Shown: positions 10,089 to 20,084, counted from the first letter of the whole stretch. The stretch is DNA of 62,851 bases, filler included, from 10 parts of 10 records of this genome joined end to end with filler, not necessarily neighbours in it; one strand, 5' to 3'. Notes: generated from the letters alone by a model not told the origin. Made by a program: numbers and translations.

Positions 10089-10583
10089 CTAGGCTGCGAC
10101 GCGGGCCGGGGCCAGTGCGCCGTAAACCGGTTGGCGGCCGGCTTCGGTGGCCGCGAAAAAGGCCTTGAAGCGCTGCTTGTCGGCGAAACTTTCGAAATGA
10201 ACTTCTCCGAACTTGGTTGCCAGATATTTGTCGACGCCGGTAATGCCGATGTGCCAGCGCCCTTCGCAATGACCTTCCAGCCAGGCCTGGATGCGCCGGA
10301 CCGAACCGGAGGTGGCGAAACGCACGCTACGCCAGTTTGCGGAATTCGGGGCGGGTGCCTTCGCGGGCTTGCGGCGAAGGGCACGCGGTGGCCACTCGTT
10401 CTTGGGTTGGGCGGTCGGTTTGCCGGAAAGAATGGGCAGCCAGTCTTGGAATGAAAATGTCGAGGCAGCTTTGTCCATGAGGGTGTTCATCCCGTCGTCT
10501 TTCATCTTTTTCTGGCCCTCCGGGCGGGAACGATGTGCCCTGGGGGTCTTTCGCTTTCTCCGTGCAGGAATGAAGCTAGCCAC
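10089..10583 (-). CDS. Hypothetical protein (start uncertain, probably downstream of 10583)
   Basis: Globular-looking C-terminal domain (VRFATSGSVRRIQAWLEGHCEGRWHIGI...VHFESFADKQRFK); co-oriented with usg and dctP. Confidence 0.55.
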   Translation of the reverse strand: MASFIPARRKRKTPRAHRSRPEGQKKMKDDGMNTLMDKAASTFSFQDWLPILSGKPTAQPKNEWPPRALRRKPAKAPAPNSANWRSVRFATSGSVRRIQAWLEGHCEGRWHIGITGVDKYLATKFGEVHFESFADKQRFKAFFAATEAGRQPVYGALAPARVAA

Positions 10584-10718
10584 TGCGTGTAACGCCCGTA
10601 TGGCAAAAGAAAAGAATTTGGTTTCAACTTTGAAACATTGGAAATTGTTGGTAACACGCGCTTTCGGATATAGCCGAAAGCGCTGTTCCGAAGGACGCGA
10701 CGTCGGCCGAGCAGCCTG

Positions 10719-10994
10719 CTAGTGCAGGCTTCGCAAATGCCGGGCGTGTCGCAGGCGGGCGCGTTCTTGCGGAATCGTTTGTGCCACCCGGACCGAGTGA
10801 ATGGGGCCGTCCAGGTATTTGTCCCAATATTCGAGGAAGCGCTTCAGGGCCGGAAATTGCGGAGCCGTATCCCAATGCTGCCAGACGAAGGTCTGTAGCA
10901 ATACAGGGTGATCCGGCAACCGATAGACAATCTCGACCGTTGCCAGGCAAGTGCCGAGTGGGAACACGATTCGCGGGGATGGTTCGATGCGCAT
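10719..10994 (-). CDS. usg: Usg-like family protein
   Basis: LATVEIVYRLPDHPVLLQTFVWQHWDTAPQFPAL..FL.YW....DGPIHSVRVA matches the Usg pattern; AAGGAG RBS. Confidence 0.88.
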   Translation of the reverse strand: MRIEPSPRIVFPLGTCLATVEIVYRLPDHPVLLQTFVWQHWDTAPQFPALKRFLEYWDKYLDGPIHSVRVAQTIPQERARLRHARHLRSLH

Positions 10995-11075
10995 GACCGT
11001 AATCTCCTTCGGACATGAACGCTACCCTATTCATTTTGCCATCGAACCAGGGGAGTTCAATAAAAAAACAAATAA

Positions 11076-11112
11076 AATCAATAAGTTGGCAGCAGCGCAC
11101 GGTGACTGCTGA
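11076..11112. promoter_or_regulatory. IHF-consensus site overlapping a degenerate CIRCE-like 9-9-9 inverted repeat
   Basis: AATCAATAAGTTG (11076-11088) fits WATCAANNNNTTR with an upstream A-tract; TTGGCAGCA-N9-GACTGCTGA at 11086-11112. Confidence 0.35.
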
Positions 11113-11243
11113 CAACTTTCCCCCGGCCGCTTGGTCAAAAACCTGTCACTGTGAAGTCGCCGAATCCGGGTTGAAGCCGCCGCCCGCCGTCACTAAAGAA
11201 GGAGTGCGCGCACCGAGCGCGTCGATCAAGCAGGAGCCCGACA

Positions 11244-12647
11244 ATGCCCGACAGCGCCGATATCCGGCACGCACCGAACTCGACCGTGGCGCGCGACCTC
11301 GCCTATCACCTTCATCCCTTCACCGATCTTCGCCGCCATGGCGACGAGGGGCCGCTGGTCATCGTGCGCGGCGACGGTGTCCGGGTGTTTGACGAGACCG
11401 GCCGCGGATACATCGATACCATGTCGGGGCTTTGGTGCGCGTCGCTGGGCTTCAGTCAACAGCGATTGGCCGAGGCCGGGCGGCGTCAGTTGGAAACCTT
11501 GCCCTTCTATCACAGCTTCACCGGTCGGGTGCCGGCGGTTACCGTCGAACTGGCCGAGCGCTTGGTCGCATTGGCGCCGGCCGGACTGACCCGGGCATTC
11601 TTCTGCAATTCGGGGTCGGAGGCCAACGACACGGCGGTCAAGATCATCCGTCAGGTCAATAACCTCAAGGGTCGTCCCGAAAAGAAAAAGATCATCGCCC
11701 GCCACGGCGCTTACCATGGAACCACCATGGCGGCCGCCAGCCTGACCGGGTTGGCGGCGTCGCACGGCGGTTTCGATTTGCCGCTCGACGGTTTCCTTCA
11801 TACCGACCGTCCGTCCTATTACCTGGACGGCGAAGCGAGCGAGACCGAGGCGCAATTCACCGCCCGCTGTGCGGACAGTCTGGAAAAATTGATCCTCGAC
11901 GAAGGGCCCGAAACAATCGCTGCCTTTTTTGCCGAACCGGTTATGGGGGCGGGCGGAGTTCTGATTCCGCCGGCCGGTTATTTTGAGGCCGTGCAGGGCA
12001 TCCTCGGCAGATACGACATCCTGTTCGTTGCCGACGAAGTGATCTGCGGTTTTCATCGCACTGGCAATCCGTGGGGATGTGACACCTTCGGCATCCGGCC
12101 CGACATCGTCACCGCCGCTAAGGCTTTGTCGTCGGGCTATGCACCCATCGCCGCCGTCCTTGTCGGTGATGAAATCTACGACGCCCTTGTCGGCACGACC
12201 GAGAAATTCGGCGTCTTCGGGCACGGGTTCACCTATTCCGGACATCCGGTCAGTGCCGCCATCGCCCTTGAAACCCTGAAGATCTATGACGACCTGGAAA
12301 TCGGCGATCATGTTCGCGCCGTGGCGCCGCGTCTCCAGGATGGACTTCGCAAATTCGCCGATCACCCGCTGGTCGGCGAGGTGCGCGGCGTTGGGTTGGT
12401 CGGGGCGGTGCAACTGATTGCCGACAAGGCGACACGGAAGCGTTTCGAACCGGTCAACAGGGTCGGCTATCACCTTCTCGACCGGGCTCAGGCCAACGGC
12501 CTGATCGTGCGCTGTTTGGCCGATGCCATCGCCTTTTCGCCGCCGCTGATCGTCAGCGAAGACGAGATCGATGAAATTCTGGCGATGTTCGGCAAGGCGT
12601 TGGACGAAACGCATTCATGGGTGGCGGCGGGTATGCCGGATGACTGA
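11244..12647 (+). CDS. Class III PLP aminotransferase (omega-amine/putrescine:pyruvate type)
   Basis: GLWC, NSGSEAND, YHG, EPVMGAGG, DEVICGF and AKALSSGY motifs. Confidence 0.93.
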   Translation: MPDSADIRHAPNSTVARDLAYHLHPFTDLRRHGDEGPLVIVRGDGVRVFDETGRGYIDTMSGLWCASLGFSQQRLAEAGRRQLETLPFYHSFTGRVPAVTVELAERLVALAPAGLTRAFFCNSGSEANDTAVKIIRQVNNLKGRPEKKKIIARHGAYHGTTMAAASLTGLAASHGGFDLPLDGFLHTDRPSYYLDGEASETEAQFTARCADSLEKLILDEGPETIAAFFAEPVMGAGGVLIPPAGYFEAVQGILGRYDILFVADEVICGFHRTGNPWGCDTFGIRPDIVTAAKALSSGYAPIAAVLVGDEIYDALVGTTEKFGVFGHGFTYSGHPVSAAIALETLKIYDDLEIGDHVRAVAPRLQDGLRKFADHPLVGEVRGVGLVGAVQLIADKATRKRFEPVNRVGYHLLDRAQANGLIVRCLADAIAFSPPLIVSEDEIDEILAMFGKALDETHSWVAAGMPDD

Positions 12648-12692
12648 TCTGCGATTTGCCGTGGCATTTTTGGCTGGTTAGGGGAGAAGAGC

Positions 12693-13292
12693 ATGAGCAA
12701 AGTTGTCGACCACTATTTTCACACGACCTCACCGTGGTCGTTCCTGGGTTTCGAACGGCTGCTCGAAATCGCCGATCGCCACGGGGCCACGATCGTCCAC
12801 AAACCGATCGATCTCGGCGGGCAGGTTTTTCCCGTGTCGGGCGGCCTGCCGCTGCCGAAGCGGGCTCCGCAACGTCAGGCCTACCGGCAGATGGAATTGA
12901 AACGCTGGCGCGACCATCTGGGCATTCCCATCAACATCAATCCCAAATTCTTCCCGGCTACGGGAATGCCGGCTGCCCCCATGGTGACGGCGGCCAGGGC
13001 CGGCGGGCTCGATTGCGGTCGTCTGGCGCATGCCTTTTTGCGCGCCGTCTGGATCGAGGAGCGTAACATCGACGACCTCGATACGCTGCAGACCATCGCC
13101 GGTGAACAGGGCATGGACGGGGCGGTGCTTCTGGCCGCGGCCGAAAGCGACGCCATCAGGGAGTTGTTCCAGGCCGATACCACCGAGGCCATCGACCGCG
13201 GCGTCTTCGGCGCTCCGACCTACGCCATCGGCGACGAGCTGTGGTGGGGCCAGGACCGGCTCGATTTCCTCGAACGGGCTTTGGCCGGATAG
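12693..13292 (+). CDS. 2-hydroxychromene-2-carboxylate isomerase / DsbA-GST kappa family
   Basis: SPWSFLG, QRQAYRQMELKRW, GVFGAPTY and WGQDRLDFL motifs. Confidence 0.9.
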   Translation: MSKVVDHYFHTTSPWSFLGFERLLEIADRHGATIVHKPIDLGGQVFPVSGGLPLPKRAPQRQAYRQMELKRWRDHLGIPININPKFFPATGMPAAPMVTAARAGGLDCGRLAHAFLRAVWIEERNIDDLDTLQTIAGEQGMDGAVLLAAAESDAIRELFQADTTEAIDRGVFGAPTYAIGDELWWGQDRLDFLERALAG

Positions 13293-13315
13293 TCTCCGCC
13301 ACCTACGTCAAATCG

Positions 13316-13349
13316 AAAACGGGCGTTGCCGATTAAGGAACGCCCGTTT
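13316..13349. terminator. Probable bidirectional terminator
   Basis: AAACGGGCGTT...AACGCCCGTTT 11-bp stem between convergent genes. Confidence 0.65.
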
Positions 13350-13386
13350 CACATTTGGGGACGTGTCTTGGAGTTTTACGGGGCGG

Positions 13387-13981
13387 CTACATCCGGTGCT
13401 GCGCGAAGCGGGCGCCGTAGCGGATGGCCTCGATCAGGCTTTGCGGATTGGCGCGGCCCTCGCCCGCCTTGCCGAATGCCGTGCCGTGGTCAACCGAGGC
13501 ACGGATGATCGGCAGGCCCAGCGTGATGTTGACGCCGGCCATCTGACCCCAGGTATTGGTTTCCTTGTCGTACTTGAACCCGGTCAGCTTGGTCGGGATG
13601 TGGCCCTGGTCGTGGTACATGACGACGACCATGTCGTACATGCCGCCGGCCATTTTCGAAAAGATGGTGTCGGCCGGGACCGGCCCGTCGGCGTCGATGC
13701 CTTTTGCTTTCGCCTGTTCCACCGCCGGCAGGATCTCGTCCTCGTCCTCGGTGCCGAACATGCGGGCCTCGCCGCAATGCGGGTTGAGGCCGCAGACGCC
13801 GATGCGCGGTTTCTCGATGCCCAGCTGTTTGACCGCCTCGTCGGCCAGTTCGATGACCCGTAATACCCGAGGTGTCTTCACCCGGTCGCAGGCTTCGCGC
13901 AGGCTGACATGGGTCGATACGTGGGCAACCCGGAAATCGCGGTCGGCCAGCATCATCGAATAGTCCTTGGTGCCGGTCAGG
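13387..13981 (-). CDS. pdxA: PdxA/PdxA2 family dehydrogenase, 5' partial
   Basis: HVSTHVSL, GLNPHCGE, YHDQGHIP and VNITLGLPIIRASVDHGTAF motifs. Confidence 0.9.
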
Positions 13982-14083
13982 NNNNNNNNNNNNNNNNNNN
14001 NNNNNNNNNNNNNNNNNNNNNNNNNTTAATTAATTAANNNNNNNNNNNNNNNNNNNNNNNNNNNNNNNNNNNNNNNNNNNNAC

Positions 14084-14869
14084 CTGTCGGTCGCGGCTGT
14101 AGCCGGTTGCTGCAACGTCTTTGTTGCCATGCTGATAACACAGTTGGGGTTTTCCAGCGTGGGCTTGCTGTTCGTCGCTATCGCCCTGACGCTCCTTATG
14201 GGAGGCGCCTTTGGCGCGTTAAACGGTTTGCTAATAGGGAAGCTGCGCATGGCGCCGTTTATTATTACGCTTGCCATGATGTCGGTGGCACAGGGCGTTA
14301 CCTATATCATCTCGGGCGGCGCACAGTTTAGAATGAAGGACGAGTTTCCTGCGGCCGAGGCACTCAACTGGTTTGCCGCCTACAGAGACCCCGTGCTACA
14401 TATGCCAATTGCCGTATATCTCGTAATCATCATTATTCTTGCTTTCTGGTTCGTCATGCGTTACACGCCTTTCGGGCGGCTCATTCTGTCGGTTGGCAGC
14501 AACGAGGCGGCCGTCCGTCTGGCGGGTATTAATGTGACGAAATACAAGTTTATTGTCTACGTTATCTGCGGCGCTTTGGCTGCCGCGGCGGGCGTTTTCA
14601 TCACCGGGCGCACTGCGCTGGGTACGCCGCTCAATGCCATACAGAGCGATTTCGCCCTGACCACTGTTGCAGCCTGTGTCATCGGCGGCGTCACACTGGA
14701 AGGCGGCAAGGGTACTGTTTCCTTTACCGTTGTGGGCGTTTTAATCCTGGCGCTCATTACGAATATCATGAATCTGGCGGGGCTGGCGTCTTATCCGCAG
14801 TATGTCGTCAAGGGTGCGATCATTATCCTGGCCATCTTCCTGAGTAAACTGGGGCAGAAAAGTAACTGA
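14084..14869 (+). CDS. Monosaccharide ABC permease (RbsC-like), 5' partial
   Basis: (D)LSV, PFIITLA, GSNEAAVRLAGI and ACVIGGVTLEGGKG motifs. Confidence 0.92.
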   Translation: MSVAAVAGCCNVFVAMLITQLGFSSVGLLFVAIALTLLMGGAFGALNGLLIGKLRMAPFIITLAMMSVAQGVTYIISGGAQFRMKDEFPAAEALNWFAAYRDPVLHMPIAVYLVIIIILAFWFVMRYTPFGRLILSVGSNEAAVRLAGINVTKYKFIVYVICGALAAAAGVFITGRTALGTPLNAIQSDFALTTVAACVIGGVTLEGGKGTVSFTVVGVLILALITNIMNLAGLASYPQYVVKGAIIILAIFLSKLGQKSN

Positions 14870-14895
14870 CGCCTATAAAGAAGAGGCAATGTATT

Positions 14896-14938
14896 CAACA
14901 AGGCAGTCTGAAATTCAGACTGCCTTGTTGCTTTTTTT
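14896..14938 (+). terminator. Rho-independent terminator
   Basis: Perfect 15-bp stem CAACAAGGCAGTCTG-aaatt-CAGACTGCCTTGTTG followed by a T-run, between convergent genes. Confidence 0.85.
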
Positions 14939-14953
14939 ATTCTTTTCCAGACT

Positions 14954-16486
14954 CTAGTCCGAATTGTAACGTTCGAGCAAACGGAACGATAGAAGCAGAT
15001 ACCACCGTCTGCTGTAGTTTTCAATATCAAGTCCGGTTATCACCCGTATTCTGTCGAGACGGTAAAGAAACGTACTCCTGTGGATGAACAGTTCCTTGGC
15101 TGTCTGAACATGGCGAAGATTATTTTTCAGGTAAATCAACAGTGTGTGGTAGTATTCGGTATCATGCTCGCTATCATATTTTTTTAGTTTAAGAAGTTCG
15201 GGCGCGCACACCATCCTCGCGGGAAGCTGGCTCGTACAATTCTGCAGCAGGAATAGCTCTGTGATGTCACAAAAGCGATGAATCCAGATATAGGGTTTGT
15301 TGCGCAGCCCAACATCCATAGCGATTTCAGACTGCCGGTGGTACAGCTTGAGCTCAGACAGCTCCGTAAACGTATTGCTGATTCCGCCTTTCAGGTTATT
15401 ATCGCGAAGATAGTACGTAATTCTGGTCATGGCCTCGTCCATGCTCTCTCTAAAAAGATCCAGATTCACATATACCACGATGCTGTTATTGTAATCGAAG
15501 GCGCAGGATCCGGGTATGAGCGCGACGATATTATTGCAGAGAAAATTCAGTGTGTGATTTTGAATATCAAGAACATCAACCATAACCTTTATGCAGAAAA
15601 ATTCCTGACCACTATGCCAGTCATATTCATTTAATTTCAGCTCAATATAGTACGGATCCGAGAAAGTGCCGTTCAGTATACTTTTTAAAACATGCGGCAG
15701 TGTAATAACATCCGCAGATTCCGCCGCTTTATCTGCACCGATGGCCAATTTTATATAGTAGGCAAGATGCTCCAGAAGCGGACCGTCACTGTCTTGGATT
15801 TCTCTTGAGGACTCAATGACTAAAATGCGATATTCATAGCGGCCTTGAAAAAACAGGTTCATATACAACGTTCGTACACCCGTCAAATGGGCGGGAAAAA
15901 TGGTTGCTTCGGTGGTGGAATAGGTTCTGTTGTATTCTTCATCGATCTTGATCGTTTCAATATAGTCTATATTAATGTGATCTTCTCCCGAAGCTGCATG
16001 CTGTGCCTCCGGGTATTCTCTATAGACTGGAGAGCAGGCAATAATTTTAAAGGATTTATTATGAAGCAGCATGGGATTATTAAAAATTTCAGTACTGCTG
16101 TCGATCATCATCTGAACGCCGCCGTTTCCGTTGAGGATGCCTTGAAGCGCTAGATCCCATCTCTCGTAGATTGAAAAAACAAGTTGAATCTCGTTGTGAA
16201 GATCGAGTATTGATTGGTTGGTATCAAATAAAAATATCGTTTCAAAAAAATCTGTGAAACCTTCCGGCAGCCGTCCGACAAATAGCAGGACAGACCCTGT
16301 CATCTTGTTCGGGCGTACATCGGTGCGGGTATGGTCAGCTAAGTAAATGCAATGATCGCTAAATTCCATATGATTTCGTATAAACATCATGCGTTCAAGC
16401 GACAGGTCCGTCCGAACCGTCCCAAAAATTTCAAAAAAATATTTTAAGGCCAGGTTTTTGCGCAAGAGTTCTGCACTTATTCTCAT
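14954..16486 (-). CDS. PucR/CdaR family transcriptional regulator
   Basis: C-terminal YYHTLLIYLKNN...TAKELFIHRSTFLYRLDRI HTH_30 motif; GGISN GGDEF-like segment; ATG at 16486 with an AGGAG RBS. Confidence 0.9.
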   Translation of the reverse strand: MRISAELLRKNLALKYFFEIFGTVRTDLSLERMMFIRNHMEFSDHCIYLADHTRTDVRPNKMTGSVLLFVGRLPEGFTDFFETIFLFDTNQSILDLHNEIQLVFSIYERWDLALQGILNGNGGVQMMIDSSTEIFNNPMLLHNKSFKIIACSPVYREYPEAQHAASGEDHINIDYIETIKIDEEYNRTYSTTEATIFPAHLTGVRTLYMNLFFQGRYEYRILVIESSREIQDSDGPLLEHLAYYIKLAIGADKAAESADVITLPHVLKSILNGTFSDPYYIELKLNEYDWHSGQEFFCIKVMVDVLDIQNHTLNFLCNNIVALIPGSCAFDYNNSIVVYVNLDLFRESMDEAMTRITYYLRDNNLKGGISNTFTELSELKLYHRQSEIAMDVGLRNKPYIWIHRFCDITELFLLQNCTSQLPARMVCAPELLKLKKYDSEHDTEYYHTLLIYLKNNLRHVQTAKELFIHRSTFLYRLDRIRVITGLDIENYSRRWYLLLSFRLLERYNSD

Positions 16487-16690
16487 CCCGGCACACTCCT
16501 TTGTCCTGTCTCCTACCAATTGTAGGATTTAAGCCTGGCAATGTCAAGCGTTTGGTCGGATTGAAATAAAAATTCTTAAAATTTATAATTCATTTAGTGC
16601 AAATCAACAACAATGTGGTCTGCGATAGCAACAGCTGGTATTTCAAAAAATGACCCACGCAATGAGTGAAAAGAAAGGAATGAGCAACAA

Positions 16691-17911
16691 ATGGCCGAAT
16701 TATCAAGAAATAAGATGAATTGGAAAATCATGATTCCCGTTATGCTCTTTGCCATCTTCCAGTCAGCGTTTATGGCATTTTCTTCGGTTTTGGCTGATAT
16801 TGTCAAGGTTTTTCCCGATACCTCGCCGACTCTTGTGCAGATGATTCTTACCGTACCGTCCTTAATGACGATACCCGTATCGATCTTAGTCGGCATTCTT
16901 GCGTCCTATATCACCAAAAAGAATCTTATACTCTTCGCGCTGATCTGCGAGGTCATCGGCGGCTCGCTGCCGCTTTTGTCGCATGCAAGCGTTGGCATGC
17001 TTATCGCCAGCAGTGCGTTCATTGGTATCGGCCAGGGCTTTCTCATTAATATAGCCACCGCGATTTTGGCGGAGCATTTTGACGGTAATACACGCGGATG
17101 GGCCATGGGCCTCAAGCAGGCGGCCTCCAGTATCGGCATTGCTGGCCTTACCATCCTGACGGGGTTTCTTGCGACAATGGCCTGGTACAAAGCCTATTTT
17201 GTCTACCTGATTGTTATTCCCATCTTCCTGCTTACAATTTTCCTCCTGCCCAAAGGCAAAAAGGATGTCAAGCTGGTGGGGAAGGGCGTCGGCTTTAACG
17301 GGATTAAAAGAGTGTTTACGCCAGGAATGATTTATATGAATATTCTGTTTTTCTTCCTCGGCACTTTCAACTTCGCGTTTTATACGAATGTTGGTATGTC
17401 CATTACCTCTAAAGGCCTTGGCGATGCCTCGGCTATTGGCCTGGCGACAGCGTGGAACTCTCTTTTAACCATCGTTATCGGTATCGGCTTTGGTGTTATA
17501 CTGCGGCTGTTTAAAAAGTTTACGCTGGCCTCCTGCATGATCATCACTGCAATTGCCTATCTGGTTCTTTATTCGGCGCCGACGCTGTCAATCGTTGTCC
17601 TTGGCGGCATTATCTACGGCATCGGGGCAGGCATCCAGATGCCCGGTTCTGTTTACTACATAACAGAAGCTGTGGACTCCGAGGCCAGTACGCTGGCGAT
17701 CGGCATTTCCATGGTGATGATCAGCCTGGGCATTACGCTGTCCCCCGTCGTTGTCAATGCGTTTGCCGGGATATTTGGTGAAATTAACGGCACAAGCGGC
17801 CTGATGGTTGCGGCTGTGGGCTACATTGCGATGTTTGTTATTGAAGTTATCAGAGAGGCGGTATTCAATAAAAACTCAAAAATCGGATTGAGTGAAAAGC
17901 AGGCCGTATAA
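16691..17911 (+). CDS. MFS transporter
   Basis: About 12 hydrophobic helices; MFS motif-like GILASYITKK and FIGIGQG. Confidence 0.9.
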   Translation: MAELSRNKMNWKIMIPVMLFAIFQSAFMAFSSVLADIVKVFPDTSPTLVQMILTVPSLMTIPVSILVGILASYITKKNLILFALICEVIGGSLPLLSHASVGMLIASSAFIGIGQGFLINIATAILAEHFDGNTRGWAMGLKQAASSIGIAGLTILTGFLATMAWYKAYFVYLIVIPIFLLTIFLLPKGKKDVKLVGKGVGFNGIKRVFTPGMIYMNILFFFLGTFNFAFYTNVGMSITSKGLGDASAIGLATAWNSLLTIVIGIGFGVILRLFKKFTLASCMIITAIAYLVLYSAPTLSIVVLGGIIYGIGAGIQMPGSVYYITEAVDSEASTLAIGISMVMISLGITLSPVVVNAFAGIFGEINGTSGLMVAAVGYIAMFVIEVIREAVFNKNSKIGLSEKQAV

Positions 17912-17940
17912 GACAGTAAATGATAAGTTAGGAGACTGTT

Positions 17941-19044
17941 ATGGCAATACCAAGATTTGATCAAAAAGAACTCGAAGTTGTGGGTTCGTCGCCGGATTTT
18001 TTCGGCGGACCTGACACACCGATTTATAACTTCCCGGTAACGCCCCGTGAGGCCTACATCGCCATGTATGAAAAAAAGCCCGTCTGGCAGATTGTCGGCT
18101 TAGGGACGGAACAGCAAACCTTTACGCCGGCTGTTAATCCCGACAACGTGGCCCGGGCATTCGTTTTTGACGGCACAGCTGTTCCCGGCGTCAGCAATCT
18201 GACAGGCGGAAAAGACATGTTCGGTATTGATTGGGAATATGTGCCTCAGGTCGGCGGGTCGATGGTCCGTCCGGGAAAACCGTTTCTGGCGGACGCCAAC
18301 GAGTGGTATGAAAAGCTATCATGGCCTGAGATTGATAGCTGGGATTGGCAGGGCAGCGCCAAGGCCAATGAGGCGTACCTGAGTACCGACATGTTCAATT
18401 ACTGCATGATGATGAACGGGTGGTATGAACGGCTCATATCCTTTATGGATTTTGAGGGCGCCATCGTGGCGATGATCGACGAGGATCAAAAGCAGGCCGT
18501 CAAGGCGCTGTTTGATAAGCTGTCCGACCTTTATATCTGTATTATTGATAAGTATCTTACATACTTCCCGCAGATCGACGGTTTCTGTATCCATGACGAC
18601 TGGGGCTCTCAGAAGGAGACGTTTTTCTCGCCGGACACGGCAGCGGAAATGATCGTCCCGTATATGCGCCGGGTCACGGATTTTATCCACTCAAAGGGCC
18701 GATATTGTGACCTGCACAGCTGCGGACAGCTTTTAAAACAGGTCCCGAATATGATCGCGGCCGGCTGGGACTCCTGGACGCCGCAGCTGATGAACGATAC
18801 CCATAAAATCTACGAGCTGTACGGGGATAAAATCATTATCGCCGTTATCCCCGATGCGTTTGATCCCGGCACGGCGACGGAGGAAGCGCAGCGCGTAATG
18901 GCCAGGCAGTACGCTGAAAAATTCTGCAGGCCGGATAGGCCCTCCTCATGGAGCATGTATGCCAGTATTGCCGGATATCTGACACCGGCCTTCCGTGAGG
19001 AGCTCTATAAACAATCCAGAATTCAATACGGTAAGCAGGCATGA
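17941..19044 (+). CDS. URO-D/MtaA-CmuA family corrinoid methyltransferase-like protein
   Basis: GKDMFGIDW, YERLISFMDFE, HDDWGSQKETFFSP and DLHSCG (Zn-type H-x-C) motifs. Confidence 0.8.
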   Translation: MAIPRFDQKELEVVGSSPDFFGGPDTPIYNFPVTPREAYIAMYEKKPVWQIVGLGTEQQTFTPAVNPDNVARAFVFDGTAVPGVSNLTGGKDMFGIDWEYVPQVGGSMVRPGKPFLADANEWYEKLSWPEIDSWDWQGSAKANEAYLSTDMFNYCMMMNGWYERLISFMDFEGAIVAMIDEDQKQAVKALFDKLSDLYICIIDKYLTYFPQIDGFCIHDDWGSQKETFFSPDTAAEMIVPYMRRVTDFIHSKGRYCDLHSCGQLLKQVPNMIAAGWDSWTPQLMNDTHKIYELYGDKIIIAVIPDAFDPGTATEEAQRVMARQYAEKFCRPDRPSSWSMYASIAGYLTPAFREELYKQSRIQYGKQA

Positions 19045-20000
19045 CCAGCATCAGAGATAATTATCTCATGGCCGCCAGCGGCCAAAAGCCTTACTGGGTA
19101 CCGTCGTTCACGGAGGATGCCAACGTTTTCGTGCCGGAATTCTGGAATGAGCTGAATTCTGAAACGGGCGCCGATTTTATGAACGTCAAATGGACCGAAA
19201 ACGACTTTGGAAAAATGCCTCGTGAGGATTGGCGCGCCATGCCGGAGATCGGTAACTGGCGGGAGACGGTAAAATTCCCGGATTTGTCAAAGCTGGACTG
19301 GGCCGGCATGGTGAGTCAGGCTAGGCAGAATCACACGCCGGACAAAGTAAATATTGCCTTGCTGAATACGCATGGCATCTTCTTAATTCCTGTCAACATG
19401 ATCGGATGGGTCGACGCGCTCTGTGCGATCTATACGGACCGGGAAGAGCTGGAAGCCTTTGTTTCTGCCCTCACCGATTTTTTAGTTGATACGGTACATT
19501 ACATCGGCAAATACTTTAAGCCGGATATTATCTGCACCGGTGACGATTTCGCCTCGGCGAGCGGGCCGTTTCTGGCCAAAGATGTATTTTACACCCTTTA
19601 TAAGCCCTATCTCCGCAAAATCAACGACGCCTGCAAGCAGGAGGGCGCTCTTGTCGAGTTTCACTGCTGCGGCAACTGCCAATATCTCGTCGGCGAATTT
19701 CTGGAGCTGGGCGCCGATATATGTCAGCTCCCTATGCCCAACGACGCGCTTTTAGAGGACAAGAAAAAGTATGGTAACAGGCTTGTAATAACCGGCGGCT
19801 GGGACCGCCGCGGTCCGGGTGCGATGCCGGGCGCGCCGGAGGATGTTGTCAGGAAATCCGTAAGAACAGCCATCGACACCTATGGCAAAGATGGCGCGCT
19901 TATTTTCTGGGACGGCGGTATCTGCGGAACGAGCGCCGATTCCCAGGAGAAAATGAAGTGGGTATTGGATGAGCTGCATACGTATGGCCGCTTGGTATAA
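19041..20000 (+). CDS. Second URO-D/MtaA-CmuA family methyltransferase-like protein
   Basis: NWRETVKFPDLS, GDDFAS, EFHCCGN and GGWD motifs; ATGA overlap with the preceding paralog. Confidence 0.8.
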   Translation: MTSIRDNYLMAASGQKPYWVPSFTEDANVFVPEFWNELNSETGADFMNVKWTENDFGKMPREDWRAMPEIGNWRETVKFPDLSKLDWAGMVSQARQNHTPDKVNIALLNTHGIFLIPVNMIGWVDALCAIYTDREELEAFVSALTDFLVDTVHYIGKYFKPDIICTGDDFASASGPFLAKDVFYTLYKPYLRKINDACKQEGALVEFHCCGNCQYLVGEFLELGADICQLPMPNDALLEDKKKYGNRLVITGGWDRRGPGAMPGAPEDVVRKSVRTAIDTYGKDGALIFWDGGICGTSADSQEKMKWVLDELHTYGRLV

Positions 20001-20043
20001 TATGTGATTTATGCCGTTTGCTGTTGCTTTTTGCGTCTCATTC

Positions 20044-20084
20044 AAGTACAGGGCGCCGGAGCTTGCCTGCGGTGTCTTGTATTT
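20044..20084 (+). terminator. Hairpin / possible terminator after the methyltransferase pair
   Basis: AAGTACAGGGCGCCG...CGGTGTCTTGTATTT, a 15-bp stem including G-U pairs. Confidence 0.45.

Noticed and set aside
11226..12614. 462-aa antisense ORF, and similar long shadows at 36787-37964, 43481-44419 and 9110-9730
   Set aside because: They overlap well-supported genes in GC-rich DNA with biased third positions and show no recognisable motifs.
17941..20000. Annotation as true uroporphyrinogen decarboxylase (hemE)
   Set aside because: They lack the N-terminal RQAGR motif, have H-x-C metal motifs, and sit in a transporter/regulator context rather than a heme context.
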